Assembly: GCA_009695195.1 (NCBI GenBank)
Contig: SIBJ01000001.1
Location: forward strand, 53,581 to 117,580
DNA length: 64,000 nucleotides
Reading direction: 5' to 3'
DNA from: Pedosphaera sp.
GTDB lineage: Bacteria > Verrucomicrobiota > Verrucomicrobiia > Limisphaerales > JADLHS01
The translations under genes were made by a program, and so were the position numbers. Numbering within the stretch: position 1 is the first letter of the stretch; each line of letters opens with the position of its first letter. The notes beneath the pieces are model-generated. The model searched no databases and was not told the DNA's origin. It was given only the letters and a program-made list of their open reading frames with translations. Shown in pieces: positions 26,469-37,009 of this stretch.

Positions 26469-28787
26469 ATGAAACCTGTCACACTTCTTATCGCCGTGCT
26501 GTTGGCCGCCGGCGCTTTTGCCGTCGGCTACAAAATCGGCGGACGCGGTGCCGCGCCCACGAAAGCCGGGGAGCCGAACGCGGTCACGTCGTCGCCCGCC
26601 AACTCGGCCAATGCGCTGCCCAAGGTCAACGTCCGCTCCAAACGCGCCTCCGATCCCGCCGGGAAACCCGACAAGTCCGCCAAGCGCATGTCGCTCGCCG
26701 AGATCGAAACGGCGATCGGCGAGTTGAAAGGTCTTTCGCGTAACAAACTTTACGAACGCGTGAACGAGATCGTGAAAGGCGTGGACCCGGCGGACATCCC
26801 GGCGGTGATGGCCCTGGCCGCGAAGTTGCCGCAGGAAATCTCGAACGCGCTGCGTTACCAGTTGCTCCCGCGCTGGGCGGAAACGGACCCGAAGGCGGCG
26901 ATGGATTTCGCCGGCGGCATCAAGAATTTCAACGAGCGGCATCAGGCGATTCTCTCGGTGCTGCGCGGCTGGGCGAAGAATGATCCGCCGGGCGCGCTGG
27001 CGTGGATTCAACAATTACCACCCGGCCGGCTGAAAAACGAAGCGCCCGGCGCCATCGCGGGCATTATCGCCGAAAAGGACCCGAACGCGGCCTTCGAGTT
27101 GTTGAAGAACGTCAAGTCTGACCGCAGCTTCGGTTACAACTCGTATTACCAGTTGTTCGACACCTGGGCCAACAACGATCCCGCCGCCGCCGCCGCGAAG
27201 GCCGGTGAGATCAAGAACTGGCAGCAACGTCAGAACGCCTACCAGAACATCGCGCGCCGCTGGGCCGAGAAGGACGTGCCGGGCGCGCTCGCGTGGGCGA
27301 AGAGCCTGCCCGATGGCCGCGACCGTTCGAGCGCGATGGGCGCGGTGCTCGGCGCGTGGGCGGGAACCGATCCGCGTTCGGCGGCGGAGGCGGCGATCGC
27401 GTTGCCGCCGGGGCAGTCGCGCAACAGCGCGATCAGTTCGCTCGCGAGCCAGTGGGCCTCGTCGGATTTGACGGCGGCGCTGGCGTGGGCGCAGGCGTTG
27501 CCCGATGGCCAGGCGAAACAATCGGCATTGAACAGCATCAGCAGCCAGTGGGCGCAGAACGATCCGCAGGCGGCGTTGAAGTACGCGCTCGATATGCCGT
27601 CCGGCACGAAGAAAAATAGTCTACTCTCGACCATCGCTTCGCAGCTCGCGCAACAGGATCCGGAGGCGGCGCTGAAGTGGGCGCAGGAGTTGCCGCCGAG
27701 CCAGTCGAAGAACCAGATGTTGCAGAACATCGTGAACCAGCTTGCGTGGAACGATCCCAAGGCCGCGGCGGGTTTTGCTGTCAACATGCCGCCCGGCTGG
27801 CCGCGCAACAACGCCATCTCCCAGATCGCCAGCGGTTGGGCGCAACAAGACCCGAAGGAAGCCGGCGACTGGGTCAGCGCGCTGCCCGAAGGCCAGGCCA
27901 AGCGCGACGCGTTGCGAAATATTTCCTACCGCCTCGCCGAGACCGATCCGAAAGCCGCGGCGGAGTTCGCGATGAATCTGCCGGTGGGCCAGGCGCGGAA
28001 TGACTTCCTCGGCCAGGTCGCGTCGTCGTGGGCCCAATCGGACATCCCGGCCACGGTGGATTGGATCCGGCAAATGCCCGAAGGCGACGGCCAGCGCCGC
28101 GCGTTGAGCAGCCTGAGTTCTCAATGGGCGCAAACCGACCCACAAGCCGCGGCGACCTACGGCCTCTCGCTGCCCGCCGGCGCGGGGCAAAGTGATTTCC
28201 TCAACAACGTTGCGCGGCAATGGGGCGAGAGCGATCCCAAGGCCGCGCAAAGCTGGCTCGCGCAATTGCCCGAGGGCGAGGCGCGCCAACGGGCGATTGA
28301 CGGCATCGCGTCCGGCTGGGCGAACACCTCGCCGACGGAAGCCGCGAATTTTGTCGCGACGCTGCCCGCCGGGAAGTCGCAGAACAGCGCGGCGTTGAGC
28401 GTGATGTCCGCGTGGGCGAATGCCGACCCGGCGTCCGCCGCGAACTGGGCGGCGCAATTTCCCGAAGGCGACCTGCGCAAGAACGCGATGCAAAACCTGA
28501 TGAACTCGTGGGCGCAAAACGATCCGGGCGGCGCGGGAAAATTTCTCGAAGGCCTGCCCGCCGGCAAGTCGCGCGAATCGGCGATCCAAAGTTACATCAG
28601 CCAGTTGTCGCATCAGTCACCGGAATACGCCGCGCCGTTCGTGAACCAGATCGCCGACGACAACCAGCGCTTCAACTCCGCGCAAAACCTCGCGCACAAC
28701 TACAAGAACAATGACCCGATCGGCTACGCCAAATGGCTGACGACGCTGAACCTGCCCGAGGACAAATTGAAGCATCTGCCGAAGTGA
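26469..28787 (+). CDS. Membrane-anchored protein with about 19 tandem 32-residue helical repeats
   Basis: N-terminal TM helix (VTLLIAVLLAAGAFAV), then a Pro/Ala/Lys-rich linker. From about 26874 to about 28698 there are repeats with the consensus WAxxDPxxAxxWxxxLPxGxx(K/R)xxAxxxIxxx, for example WASSDLTAALAWAQALPDGQAKQSALNSISSQ. Confidence 0.75.
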   Translation: MKPVTLLIAVLLAAGAFAVGYKIGGRGAAPTKAGEPNAVTSSPANSANALPKVNVRSKRASDPAGKPDKSAKRMSLAEIETAIGELKGLSRNKLYERVNEIVKGVDPADIPAVMALAAKLPQEISNALRYQLLPRWAETDPKAAMDFAGGIKNFNERHQAILSVLRGWAKNDPPGALAWIQQLPPGRLKNEAPGAIAGIIAEKDPNAAFELLKNVKSDRSFGYNSYYQLFDTWANNDPAAAAAKAGEIKNWQQRQNAYQNIARRWAEKDVPGALAWAKSLPDGRDRSSAMGAVLGAWAGTDPRSAAEAAIALPPGQSRNSAISSLASQWASSDLTAALAWAQALPDGQAKQSALNSISSQWAQNDPQAALKYALDMPSGTKKNSLLSTIASQLAQQDPEAALKWAQELPPSQSKNQMLQNIVNQLAWNDPKAAAGFAVNMPPGWPRNNAISQIASGWAQQDPKEAGDWVSALPEGQAKRDALRNISYRLAETDPKAAAEFAMNLPVGQARNDFLGQVASSWAQSDIPATVDWIRQMPEGDGQRRALSSLSSQWAQTDPQAAATYGLSLPAGAGQSDFLNNVARQWGESDPKAAQSWLAQLPEGEARQRAIDGIASGWANTSPTEAANFVATLPAGKSQNSAALSVMSAWANADPASAANWAAQFPEGDLRKNAMQNLMNSWAQNDPGGAGKFLEGLPAGKSRESAIQSYISQLSHQSPEYAAPFVNQIADDNQRFNSAQNLAHNYKNNDPIGYAKWLTTLNLPEDKLKHLPK

Positions 28788-28791
28788 AGGG

Positions 28792-28873
28792 GCGTGTTGC
28801 GTGTTACGTGTTGCGTCAAGCAGCGAGGACGCCAACCGCAATACTTGACGCAACACGCAATACACAACACGCC
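28792..28873. repeat. Hairpin repeat, family E (CGTGTTGCGTGTT..GTGTTGCGTCAAG arms)
   Basis: GCGTGTTGCGTGTTACGTGTTGCGTCAAG ... CTTGACGCAACACGCAATACACAACACGC. A second copy lies at 34045-34116. Confidence 0.65.
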
Positions 28874-28895
28874 CGGTCAAAATACATTCGCGCCC

Positions 28896-31706
28896 TCAAC
28901 TTCCCGCCGTGTCCAGTTCATGAATCGCGTGCCGCAGCCGGCGCTCGATGAGCCGTTGCCGCTCGGGGGAGAGAATTTTCCCGCCGCCGAGTTCGTGGAC
29001 GTAGAAGCTGTCAATCGCCGCGCCTTTCTCGGTGCAGATGCGCGCGGCGGAGATGTCCAATTGCAATTCCGCCAGCGTTTGCGCGATGACATAAAGCAAG
29101 CCGATGCGGTCCTCGGTCTCGACTTCGATGAGCGTGCGCGTTTCCGAGGCGTCGTTGTCGAGGTGGATTTGCGTCGGAATATTTTCGCCGACGTAAGCCT
29201 GGAATAGCGGACGGGAAATCTTCTGGCGCGCGATGTGCGCGGCGAGGTCGGTGTCGTCGCGGATCAGGACCTTTGACAGCAGGGCTTCAAATTTTTCCCG
29301 CTGCTCGGCGTCGGCCAGGGCGCCGGTCTTGGCGTCAGCCACAAAAAACGTGTCCAGCGCGATGGCGTCGGTGCGGGTGAAAATCTGCGCGCTCAAGATC
29401 GTCAGCCCCGTGGCGCTGAGCGAGCCGGCGATCTTGCCGAACAGCCCGGCGCGGTCCCAGGTGCAGACCTGCACGGCGGTGTAGCCGCGGTCGGGTTCGT
29501 TGCGCCAGTCCACCTCGGGCGCGAGTGCGGTTTCGTCGTCGCCCAGCACCTGCGCGCGAATGAAGCGGTGCGTGAGTTTGAGGTCGGCGGCGATTTCGTC
29601 GGCCTGATGGATCTGGAAATAACGCACCGGGAGCGAGATGAAATGGGCGTTCACCTCTTCGGTGGTGACCGCGTCGGCGAGGATGGCTTTCGCCTCGGCG
29701 TAAAGTTCTTCGCGTTGTCTGGCCTCCGCGAGCACGAATTCCGTTCCGCCGGTGAGCAGCGGCAGCGTGCGGCTGTGCAGTTCGCGCAGCAGCGAATCCT
29801 TGAAGCCGTTCCACAACTTGTCGCTCGTCGCCAGCGCGTCGGCAAAGGAATGGAGCGTGAGCAGGTGGAGCATTTCCGGGTTGTGCATCTGCCGCGCAAA
29901 CGCGCGGATGACCGCAACATCATCCAGATCGCGCCGCTGGGAAATGTTGGCCATGAGCAGGTGATGCTCGATGACCGAGCGCAGGGTTTGCGTCGCGGTC
30001 GCGTCGAGCCGCAGGCGTTTCGCCACGCGCACCGCCATCGTCGCGCCGGTGACGGCGTGGCTGCGGTCGTGCGCGGACTTGCCGGTGTCGTGCAGCAGCA
30101 GCGCGAGATAGAGCAGAAACGGGCGCTCAAGACTTTGCAACATCGGCTCGTAGGTTTTGAAGATCGGTTCCTGCGCCTCCCACACGTGATCCAGTTTGTC
30201 GAGGCAGACGAGCGTGTGTTCGTCCGCGGCGTACTGATGATAAAACTCGTGCTGCACCAGGCACGTGAGTTTGCCGAACTCGGGAATGTATTTGCCGAGA
30301 AAATCCACCTCGTGCATCGCGCGCAGGACGGGCGCGACGTTGCCGCGTTGGTTGAGAATGGTGAGAAACGTTTCCGCGACGTGTTCGTCGAAGAGAAAAT
30401 CGCGGTCCACGAGTGAAAGCTGGTTGCGGATGAGTTGCGCGAGATCGGGATGCAACCGGAGGCCGCGCTGCTGCGCGTGCAGGAAAACGCGCATCAACCG
30501 CCGCGGCTGGTCACGGAAAATGCGGTTGGACGCGGCGTGGATCTCGCCGCCGATGAATTTCAATCCGTCCACCGGTTCGAGCGTTTCGGCGCGGCGCGGC
30601 TTGGGCAGCCAGGCGCGGATGGAAAGCCGGCTCGGCGGCTGGGGCGGCGGCGCGAGCGCCATGCGCTGCTCGAGCGTGCGCGTGATGAGAAAAATGTTGC
30701 GCATGTGAACGTAAACATCGCGCATGAATTTCTCGATGCGCTGGCTGGGCGAGCGGTCGCCGTAGCCGAGTGCGGTCGCGACGGCGGGCTGGAGATTTTT
30801 CGTGAGCGCGTCGAGCGGGCGGTTGACGTGGTAATGAAGTTCCGTCCGCACGCGCAGCAGGAAGTCGTACGCCGCCTCCAATTGTTCGCGCTCCTTCTCG
30901 GTGGCGAGTTCGTGCCGGCACAGGTCCGCCAGCGAGCGAGCGCGGTATTTGAAGAACGCCATCCAGAGGAGATTTTGAAAATCCCGCAGCCCGCCGCAGC
31001 CGTTCTTGATGTTCGGCTCCTGCATCGTGGCGGAGTTGCCGAACTTCGCGCGCCGCGACGCCTGGTCCTGGAGGCGCAACGCGATGTACTTCTCCTCGAA
31101 ACCGGCAACGCACTTCGCCACCACGGCTTTTTGGAAACGGGCGAAAAGTTTTTCGTCGCCGACGATCAAGCGCGATTCGATGAACGACGTTTTTGTCTCC
31201 ATGCTGCGCGCGTCGGACTTGTCGTTCGCCGCCGCGATGCAATCGGCGACGCTGCGGACGGCGTGGTTGGGCTTGAGGCCGAGATCGTAGAGCGGCAGCC
31301 AGACGCCGTTGATGATTTTCTCCAGCACGGGCAGCGGCTTGGAGTGCGCTGCGACCTGGCCTTCCTGCAAAAACATCAGGTCAATGTCGCTGTGCGGATT
31401 GAGTTCGCTGCGGCCATAACCGCCCAGCGCAACGACGGCGATGGGCGGGAACTGTTTGCGCGCCGAATCGGAAAGCGAGTTCACCGCCGCGTTCCAGTAG
31501 GCGTGGATGATGTGATCGAGGATCGCCGACCGCGCGGAACTGACGACGAGGCCACCCTTGCCGTTGCGATGCGCGAGCTTGAGGCGGTGCGTGGCGAGCT
31601 TGAGAAACGTGCGGAAGCGCGCGCGTTCCTGGTCGGGCGTCCGCCCGGGCGGCAACGTCAGCCGCGTCTCGGCGTCGGCGGCAATTTTTTTCAGCAAGTC
31701 CTGCAC
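28896..31706 (-). CDS. glnD: Bifunctional [protein-PII] uridylyltransferase/uridylyl-removing enzyme
   Basis: NTase motif VVALGGYGRSELNPHSDIDLMFL, HD domain LLHDTGK, and two C-terminal ACT-like domains. Start proposed at GTG 31706, because the track start at 31922 reads through the family C repeat. The start remains uncertain. Confidence 0.85.
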   Translation of the reverse strand: MQDLLKKIAADAETRLTLPPGRTPDQERARFRTFLKLATHRLKLAHRNGKGGLVVSSARSAILDHIIHAYWNAAVNSLSDSARKQFPPIAVVALGGYGRSELNPHSDIDLMFLQEGQVAAHSKPLPVLEKIINGVWLPLYDLGLKPNHAVRSVADCIAAANDKSDARSMETKTSFIESRLIVGDEKLFARFQKAVVAKCVAGFEEKYIALRLQDQASRRAKFGNSATMQEPNIKNGCGGLRDFQNLLWMAFFKYRARSLADLCRHELATEKEREQLEAAYDFLLRVRTELHYHVNRPLDALTKNLQPAVATALGYGDRSPSQRIEKFMRDVYVHMRNIFLITRTLEQRMALAPPPQPPSRLSIRAWLPKPRRAETLEPVDGLKFIGGEIHAASNRIFRDQPRRLMRVFLHAQQRGLRLHPDLAQLIRNQLSLVDRDFLFDEHVAETFLTILNQRGNVAPVLRAMHEVDFLGKYIPEFGKLTCLVQHEFYHQYAADEHTLVCLDKLDHVWEAQEPIFKTYEPMLQSLERPFLLYLALLLHDTGKSAHDRSHAVTGATMAVRVAKRLRLDATATQTLRSVIEHHLLMANISQRRDLDDVAVIRAFARQMHNPEMLHLLTLHSFADALATSDKLWNGFKDSLLRELHSRTLPLLTGGTEFVLAEARQREELYAEAKAILADAVTTEEVNAHFISLPVRYFQIHQADEIAADLKLTHRFIRAQVLGDDETALAPEVDWRNEPDRGYTAVQVCTWDRAGLFGKIAGSLSATGLTILSAQIFTRTDAIALDTFFVADAKTGALADAEQREKFEALLSKVLIRDDTDLAAHIARQKISRPLFQAYVGENIPTQIHLDNDASETRTLIEVETEDRIGLLYVIAQTLAELQLDISAARICTEKGAAIDSFYVHELGGGKILSPERQRLIERRLRHAIHELDTAGS

Positions 31707-31756
31707 GGGCGGGGAAGGTGCCGGGAAAGCTGGCTTGAAGAAAGCTTCAAAAAAAC

Positions 31757-31892
31757 GAAAGCTCCAAATTCCAACCTCCAAACTCCAGAGAAACTTCAAA
31801 TTCCAATTTCCAAAAACAGCGCGCTGGACGTGGCTCTTGGAATTTGGTGCTTGGAATTTCTCTGGAGCTTGGAGGTTGGTGCTTGGAACTTC
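31757..31892. repeat. Long hairpin repeat, family C
   Basis: GAAAGCTCCAAATTCCAACCTCCAAACTCCAGAGAAACTTCAAATTCCAA ... TTGGAATTTGGTGCTTGGAATTTCTCTGGAGCTTGGAGGTTGGTGCTTGGAAC. It shares the CTCCAGAGAAA / TTTCTCTGGAG core with 14768-14899. Confidence 0.7.
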
Positions 31893-31938
31893 GCGAAACT
31901 TGTCGCGCCGCGTGGTGTTCACCTAGACTCTGGCCGGA

Positions 31939-32547
31939 ATGTCCGTCAATCTCGATCCCGATGCCGCCCTGATGTTGCGCGTGAAAACGGGCGATGCCAG
32001 AGCTTTCACCGCGCTGGTCGAGAAGTACAAACAACCGGTGATGAATCTCGTCCGTCGCACGCTACGCGATGAGACGGAAGCGGAGGACCTCGCGCAAAAT
32101 GTATTCGTGCAAGTCTGGAAATCCGCGCCGCGCTACGAGGTCACCGCGAAGTTTTCGACCTGGCTGTTCACCATCGCGCGGAATCTTTGCCTGAACGAAA
32201 TCCGCCGGCGCTCGCGGCACCCCGCCGAATCCCTCGACGCGCCGCATCCCGAGCAGGACGAACAACCGAAGCATCAGATCGAGGACTTGAAGGTTGTTTC
32301 GCCGCCGGAGACTTTGTTGCAGGGCGAGCTGGTGAAAAAAGTTGAGGCCGCCATCCAGTCGCTGCCCGAGAACCAGCGCACCGCACTGCTGCTTTGCCGG
32401 CAGGATGAGATGAGTTACGAGGAGATCGCCGCGGTGCTGGGCTGTTCGCTCTCGGCGACGAAATCGCTCATCCATCGCGGCCGCGAAACGCTGAAGGAAC
32501 GGCTCAAACCTTACCTCCGCACCGGCCAGTGGGAGGAGACGAAATGA
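31939..32547 (+). CDS. ECF-type RNA polymerase sigma-70 family factor
   Basis: Region 2 (DLAQNVFVQVW..FSTWLFTIARNLCLNEIRR) and region 4 (RTALLLCRQDEMSYEEIAAVLGCSLSATKSLIHRGR). Confidence 0.9.
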   Translation: MSVNLDPDAALMLRVKTGDARAFTALVEKYKQPVMNLVRRTLRDETEAEDLAQNVFVQVWKSAPRYEVTAKFSTWLFTIARNLCLNEIRRRSRHPAESLDAPHPEQDEQPKHQIEDLKVVSPPETLLQGELVKKVEAAIQSLPENQRTALLLCRQDEMSYEEIAAVLGCSLSATKSLIHRGRETLKERLKPYLRTGQWEETK

Positions 32548-32592
32548 ACGCAACTTTCATACGCACACGGTTTTTAATCCAAAGGTGACTCG

Positions 32593-33081
32593 ATGAACAA
32601 CGACCCGGTTTACCAACGATTGCGTGAGATTGCCTGGCGGCGAAAGCTGACCGCGGCCGAGCAGGCGGAATTGCGCGCGTGGCTCGCCGCGCATCCCGAG
32701 GCGGCGGCGGAGCGCGAACTTGATTTCGCGCTGGACGACGCGCTCGCGCGATTGCCCGATGCGCCCGTGCCGTCAAATTTCACGGCTCGCGTTTTGCAAG
32801 GCATCGAGCGCGAAGCGATGCAGCCAGTGCCGCAGCCAAAGGATTGGGCGTGGCTCTGGCGCGTGCTCGTGCCGCGCGCAGCGGTGGCGATGGTGGTCGT
32901 GGGGGTCGGCGCGTTCGCGCTGCAACAGCACCGCACCCGCACCCGCATCGGCACGAGCGTCGCGACGGTGGTGGGTGTGCCGACGCTCCCCAGCCCGGAG
33001 ACGTTGGAAGATTTTGACGTGATCCAAAGATTGGGTTCCGAACCGATTGCGGACACGGAACTGCTCGCGTTGTTGAAATGA
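32593..33081 (+). CDS. Putative single-pass anti-sigma factor
   Basis: It lies immediately downstream of the ECF sigma gene. It has a helical N-domain and one TM segment (AAVAMVVVGVGAFAL), and overlaps the next gene by 4 nt. The call rests on context. Confidence 0.5.
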   Translation: MNNDPVYQRLREIAWRRKLTAAEQAELRAWLAAHPEAAAERELDFALDDALARLPDAPVPSNFTARVLQGIEREAMQPVPQPKDWAWLWRVLVPRAAVAMVVVGVGAFALQQHRTRTRIGTSVATVVGVPTLPSPETLEDFDVIQRLGSEPIADTELLALLK

Positions 33082-34034
33082 ACGAAGGCCGTAAATTTTT
33101 TCTGCTGCTGGCGATGCTGGCCGTCGGCGTGTCGGCGTTCGCCCAGACGAACGCGGTACTGCCGCCGTTGCCGCCGTTGAAATCGCCGGTGGACACGTTT
33201 CGCGAGTTGCTCAACATGACCTCGGCGGAACGGCAGAAAGCGCTCGCCACCGGTTCGGCCGAATGGCAGCGGCGGGTATTGGAAAAACTTCGCGGGTATC
33301 AGTCACTAGGCGCGGACGAACGCGAGTTGATACTGCGCGCCACGGAATTGCGCTGGTGGCTGCTGCAACTCATGCGCCAGCCGGCGACGAACCGCGCCGC
33401 CGGCCTCGTGCAGATTCCGGCGCATCTCCGCAAGCTCGTGGATGATCGGCTCTCGGTTTGGGATTTGCTCCCGCCACCGCTGCAAAAAGACCTGCTCGAC
33501 AACGAAGAGTTGGCGCAAAAGTTTACCCAGATTCAAGGCAGCACGCCGGATCAGCGCGAACGGATGCTGAAAAGTCTTTCGCCTGACCGTCGGCAGTGGC
33601 TCGAAGCGGGCCTCGAACGTTGGGCCGCGATGAACGCCGACGAACGCCGCAAAACCTGCGAACGCTTCGACCAGTATTTTGAACTGACGCCGCGCGAGAA
33701 GAAAAAAGTTCTGGCCACCCTTTCCGACACCGAACGCCAGCAGATGGAACAGGCGTTGCGTTCGTTCGAGAAACTTCCGCGCGAGAAGCGGATTCTTTGC
33801 GTCCGCTCCTTCGAGAAGTTCGCGGGCATGGACGTCGCGGAGCGCCAGCAATTTTTGAAGAACGCCGAGCGGTGGGAGAAAATGTCGCCGACCGAACGCA
33901 AAGCCTGGCGCGATCTCGTGAAAACGGTCCCGGAGTTTCCGCCGCTGCCGTCGGGTTTCGGCGAACTCTCGCCCCCGTTGCCGCCGTCATTGCCACGCGC
34001 CCCGCAACCGCCGGTGACGAATGGTGGCGGGTAG
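33078..34034 (+). CDS. Secreted DUF3106-like repeat protein
   Basis: Signal peptide [16 protein letters not shown]. Repeated motifs of the form ERxxxxxxRWxxMxxxER/LSPxxR ([41 protein letters not shown]) match my recollection of DUF3106 proteins found next to ECF sigma genes. Confidence 0.55.
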   Translation: MNEGRKFFLLLAMLAVGVSAFAQTNAVLPPLPPLKSPVDTFRELLNMTSAERQKALATGSAEWQRRVLEKLRGYQSLGADERELILRATELRWWLLQLMRQPATNRAAGLVQIPAHLRKLVDDRLSVWDLLPPPLQKDLLDNEELAQKFTQIQGSTPDQRERMLKSLSPDRRQWLEAGLERWAAMNADERRKTCERFDQYFELTPREKKKVLATLSDTERQQMEQALRSFEKLPREKRILCVRSFEKFAGMDVAERQQFLKNAERWEKMSPTERKAWRDLVKTVPEFPPLPSGFGELSPPLPPSLPRAPQPPVTNGGG

Positions 34035-34044
34035 GACTGGCCTG

Positions 34045-34116
34045 ACGTGTTCCGTGTTCCGTGTTGCGTCAAGTGGCAAGGGACGTCGCTGCTACTTGAC
34101 GCAACACGCAACACGC
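34045..34116. repeat. Hairpin repeat, family E
   Basis: ACGTGTTCCGTGTTCCGTGTTGCGTCAAGT ... ACTTGACGCAACACGCAACACGC, between the DUF3106-like gene and trpB. Confidence 0.65.
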
Positions 34117-34173
34117 AAAGCCCGCCCACTTTCCCACTTTCTCCCCCGCCCGCTTTCGATTAGGGTCGAAAGC

Positions 34174-35388
<1,215 letters not shown>

Positions 35389-35402
35389 ACGCTTCGAAAG
35401 CT

Positions 35403-36698
35403 CTACCGCTGTGATTCACTGCTAGTCGAATTTGTGTAAGGATTGTTGGTGAAACTATGCGTGCTCAGAAGTTTCCAATCTGGCGATTGCACCGATGTGG
35501 ATGACGATGGATCTGGGTGGAATAACCGTTTCAGCTCGGTGCCTTCTGCGTGCGAAAGCACGATCCCAATCTCAATGCCAATCACCACGCATAGCGGAAA
35601 AGTGGTCCATGCCACATGCTCTGGCGGCTTGGGACGGTCGTAAGCCGGAGTGACTCCGGCAGCCACCATGCGGTCGAACAAATGCGGATGCACCTTCCGA
35701 TTACCTGGCATGACTGTAGGTAATTGGTTTGTTTCATACAGCCGCTCCAATGCCCTTGCATAGATTCCTTCCGCAGCTTGGTTGTCGCACGCAACCGCGT
35801 CGGCTCGCTCCTCCATTCGCCGCGCCAGCCGAAGACTGAACACCGTCAACAAGGCGCTACTCACCGCCAGAGTTGCAAGTCCTCCAAACGCGAACTCGTT
35901 GACCACAGGCTTCACAAACAACCATGGAAAAAACTTGAGTGATCCGACCCATCGCCCAACTCTCGTCATGCGCGGCTCGGTCAAGTGCCCGATTTCATGT
36001 GCACAGATCGCCGCAATTTCTGCTTCGGGGTGCACCTCAACAATTCGCCGACTGAATATCAAGTCACCAGTCAATGGCAACGCCGCTGCATACGAGACCG
36101 GGCTGTCAAGCAGCCACACCCTGCAAGGTTTGCCCATCCGTTGAGATACTTGAGCGACGATAAGCTTAAGCAAGGCCGGAGGTGGCCCCAGCAACCGGAA
36201 CAACCGGGCCAACCGGAGAAAAAGCCCGAGATTGATCCAAGTGTGAAAGATAAGCAATCCGCATCCAATCCACATCGTCTGCCCGGAAAATCGCTCCGGC
36301 ATCACGATGAATCCCGCGACAAATAATATCCAAACGCTGAACTGCAGCAACCACGAGGCAATCACCAACCCCAGCCAAACTCGAAAACTCGCCAATTCCG
36401 GAATCACCTCCCGGTCAAATGGAAATGACCCCAACAAAGTGCCCATCCACGCACACAGTGCTGTCAGAAACCAAGCCGCCTGAACCTCCGGCAAAATGAG
36501 TTTTTGTCCCAAGACCAACGTTGCGGGAATCAGCCAGATGTTTAACCGTGCCGAGACGTGTGCGGGGTATAAGCGCCGCGCTCGCTCTGTCCAGTGGTCG
36601 TCAAGGGAACGCCGCCACGGAATCAAAGCGAACCAATTCAATCCCCAAGCGAGCAATAGTGCCGCGCAGAAAATGCCCGTCAGCATCAGGAGAATCAC
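35403..36698 (-). CDS. Polytopic M48-family zinc metallopeptidase
   Basis: HEIGH motif (AICAHEIGHLTEP) with a downstream EERADAVA. Multiple TM segments flank it. The region looks more AT-rich by eye than its neighbours. Confidence 0.7.
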   Translation of the reverse strand: MILLMLTGIFCAALLLAWGLNWFALIPWRRSLDDHWTERARRLYPAHVSARLNIWLIPATLVLGQKLILPEVQAAWFLTALCAWMGTLLGSFPFDREVIPELASFRVWLGLVIASWLLQFSVWILFVAGFIVMPERFSGQTMWIGCGLLIFHTWINLGLFLRLARLFRLLGPPPALLKLIVAQVSQRMGKPCRVWLLDSPVSYAAALPLTGDLIFSRRIVEVHPEAEIAAICAHEIGHLTEPRMTRVGRWVGSLKFFPWLFVKPVVNEFAFGGLATLAVSSALLTVFSLRLARRMEERADAVACDNQAAEGIYARALERLYETNQLPTVMPGNRKVHPHLFDRMVAAGVTPAYDRPKPPEHVAWTTFPLCVVIGIEIGIVLSHAEGTELKRLFHPDPSSSTSVQSPDWKLLSTHSFTNNPYTNSTSSESQR

Positions 36699-37009
36699 TG
36701 CGCCGTGGATAACACTTCAATCCGACCGAGTCCAGCGTGTATGGAAGAATGGCGCAGACTCTTCCGTGCCCGGCTGCTGGACATGAAAACGTTGCGCGCG
36801 TGAGAGGACTTGGACTCTCGTACATCCGCTCTCACTTCGTCACAGCGCGACGAGCCCGATTGCTCGGACTGGAAGAACCACGACGCCTTTGAACGCGCCT
36901 TCGCCCGGCTGGAAAAAGATTTGCGGCGAGCATCGGGTGTTAGGAATCCGTCGTTAGCTTTCCATTGCGCGCTTGCCACGGCACAGTCGCAACTTGAAAC
37001 TCCCCGCGC

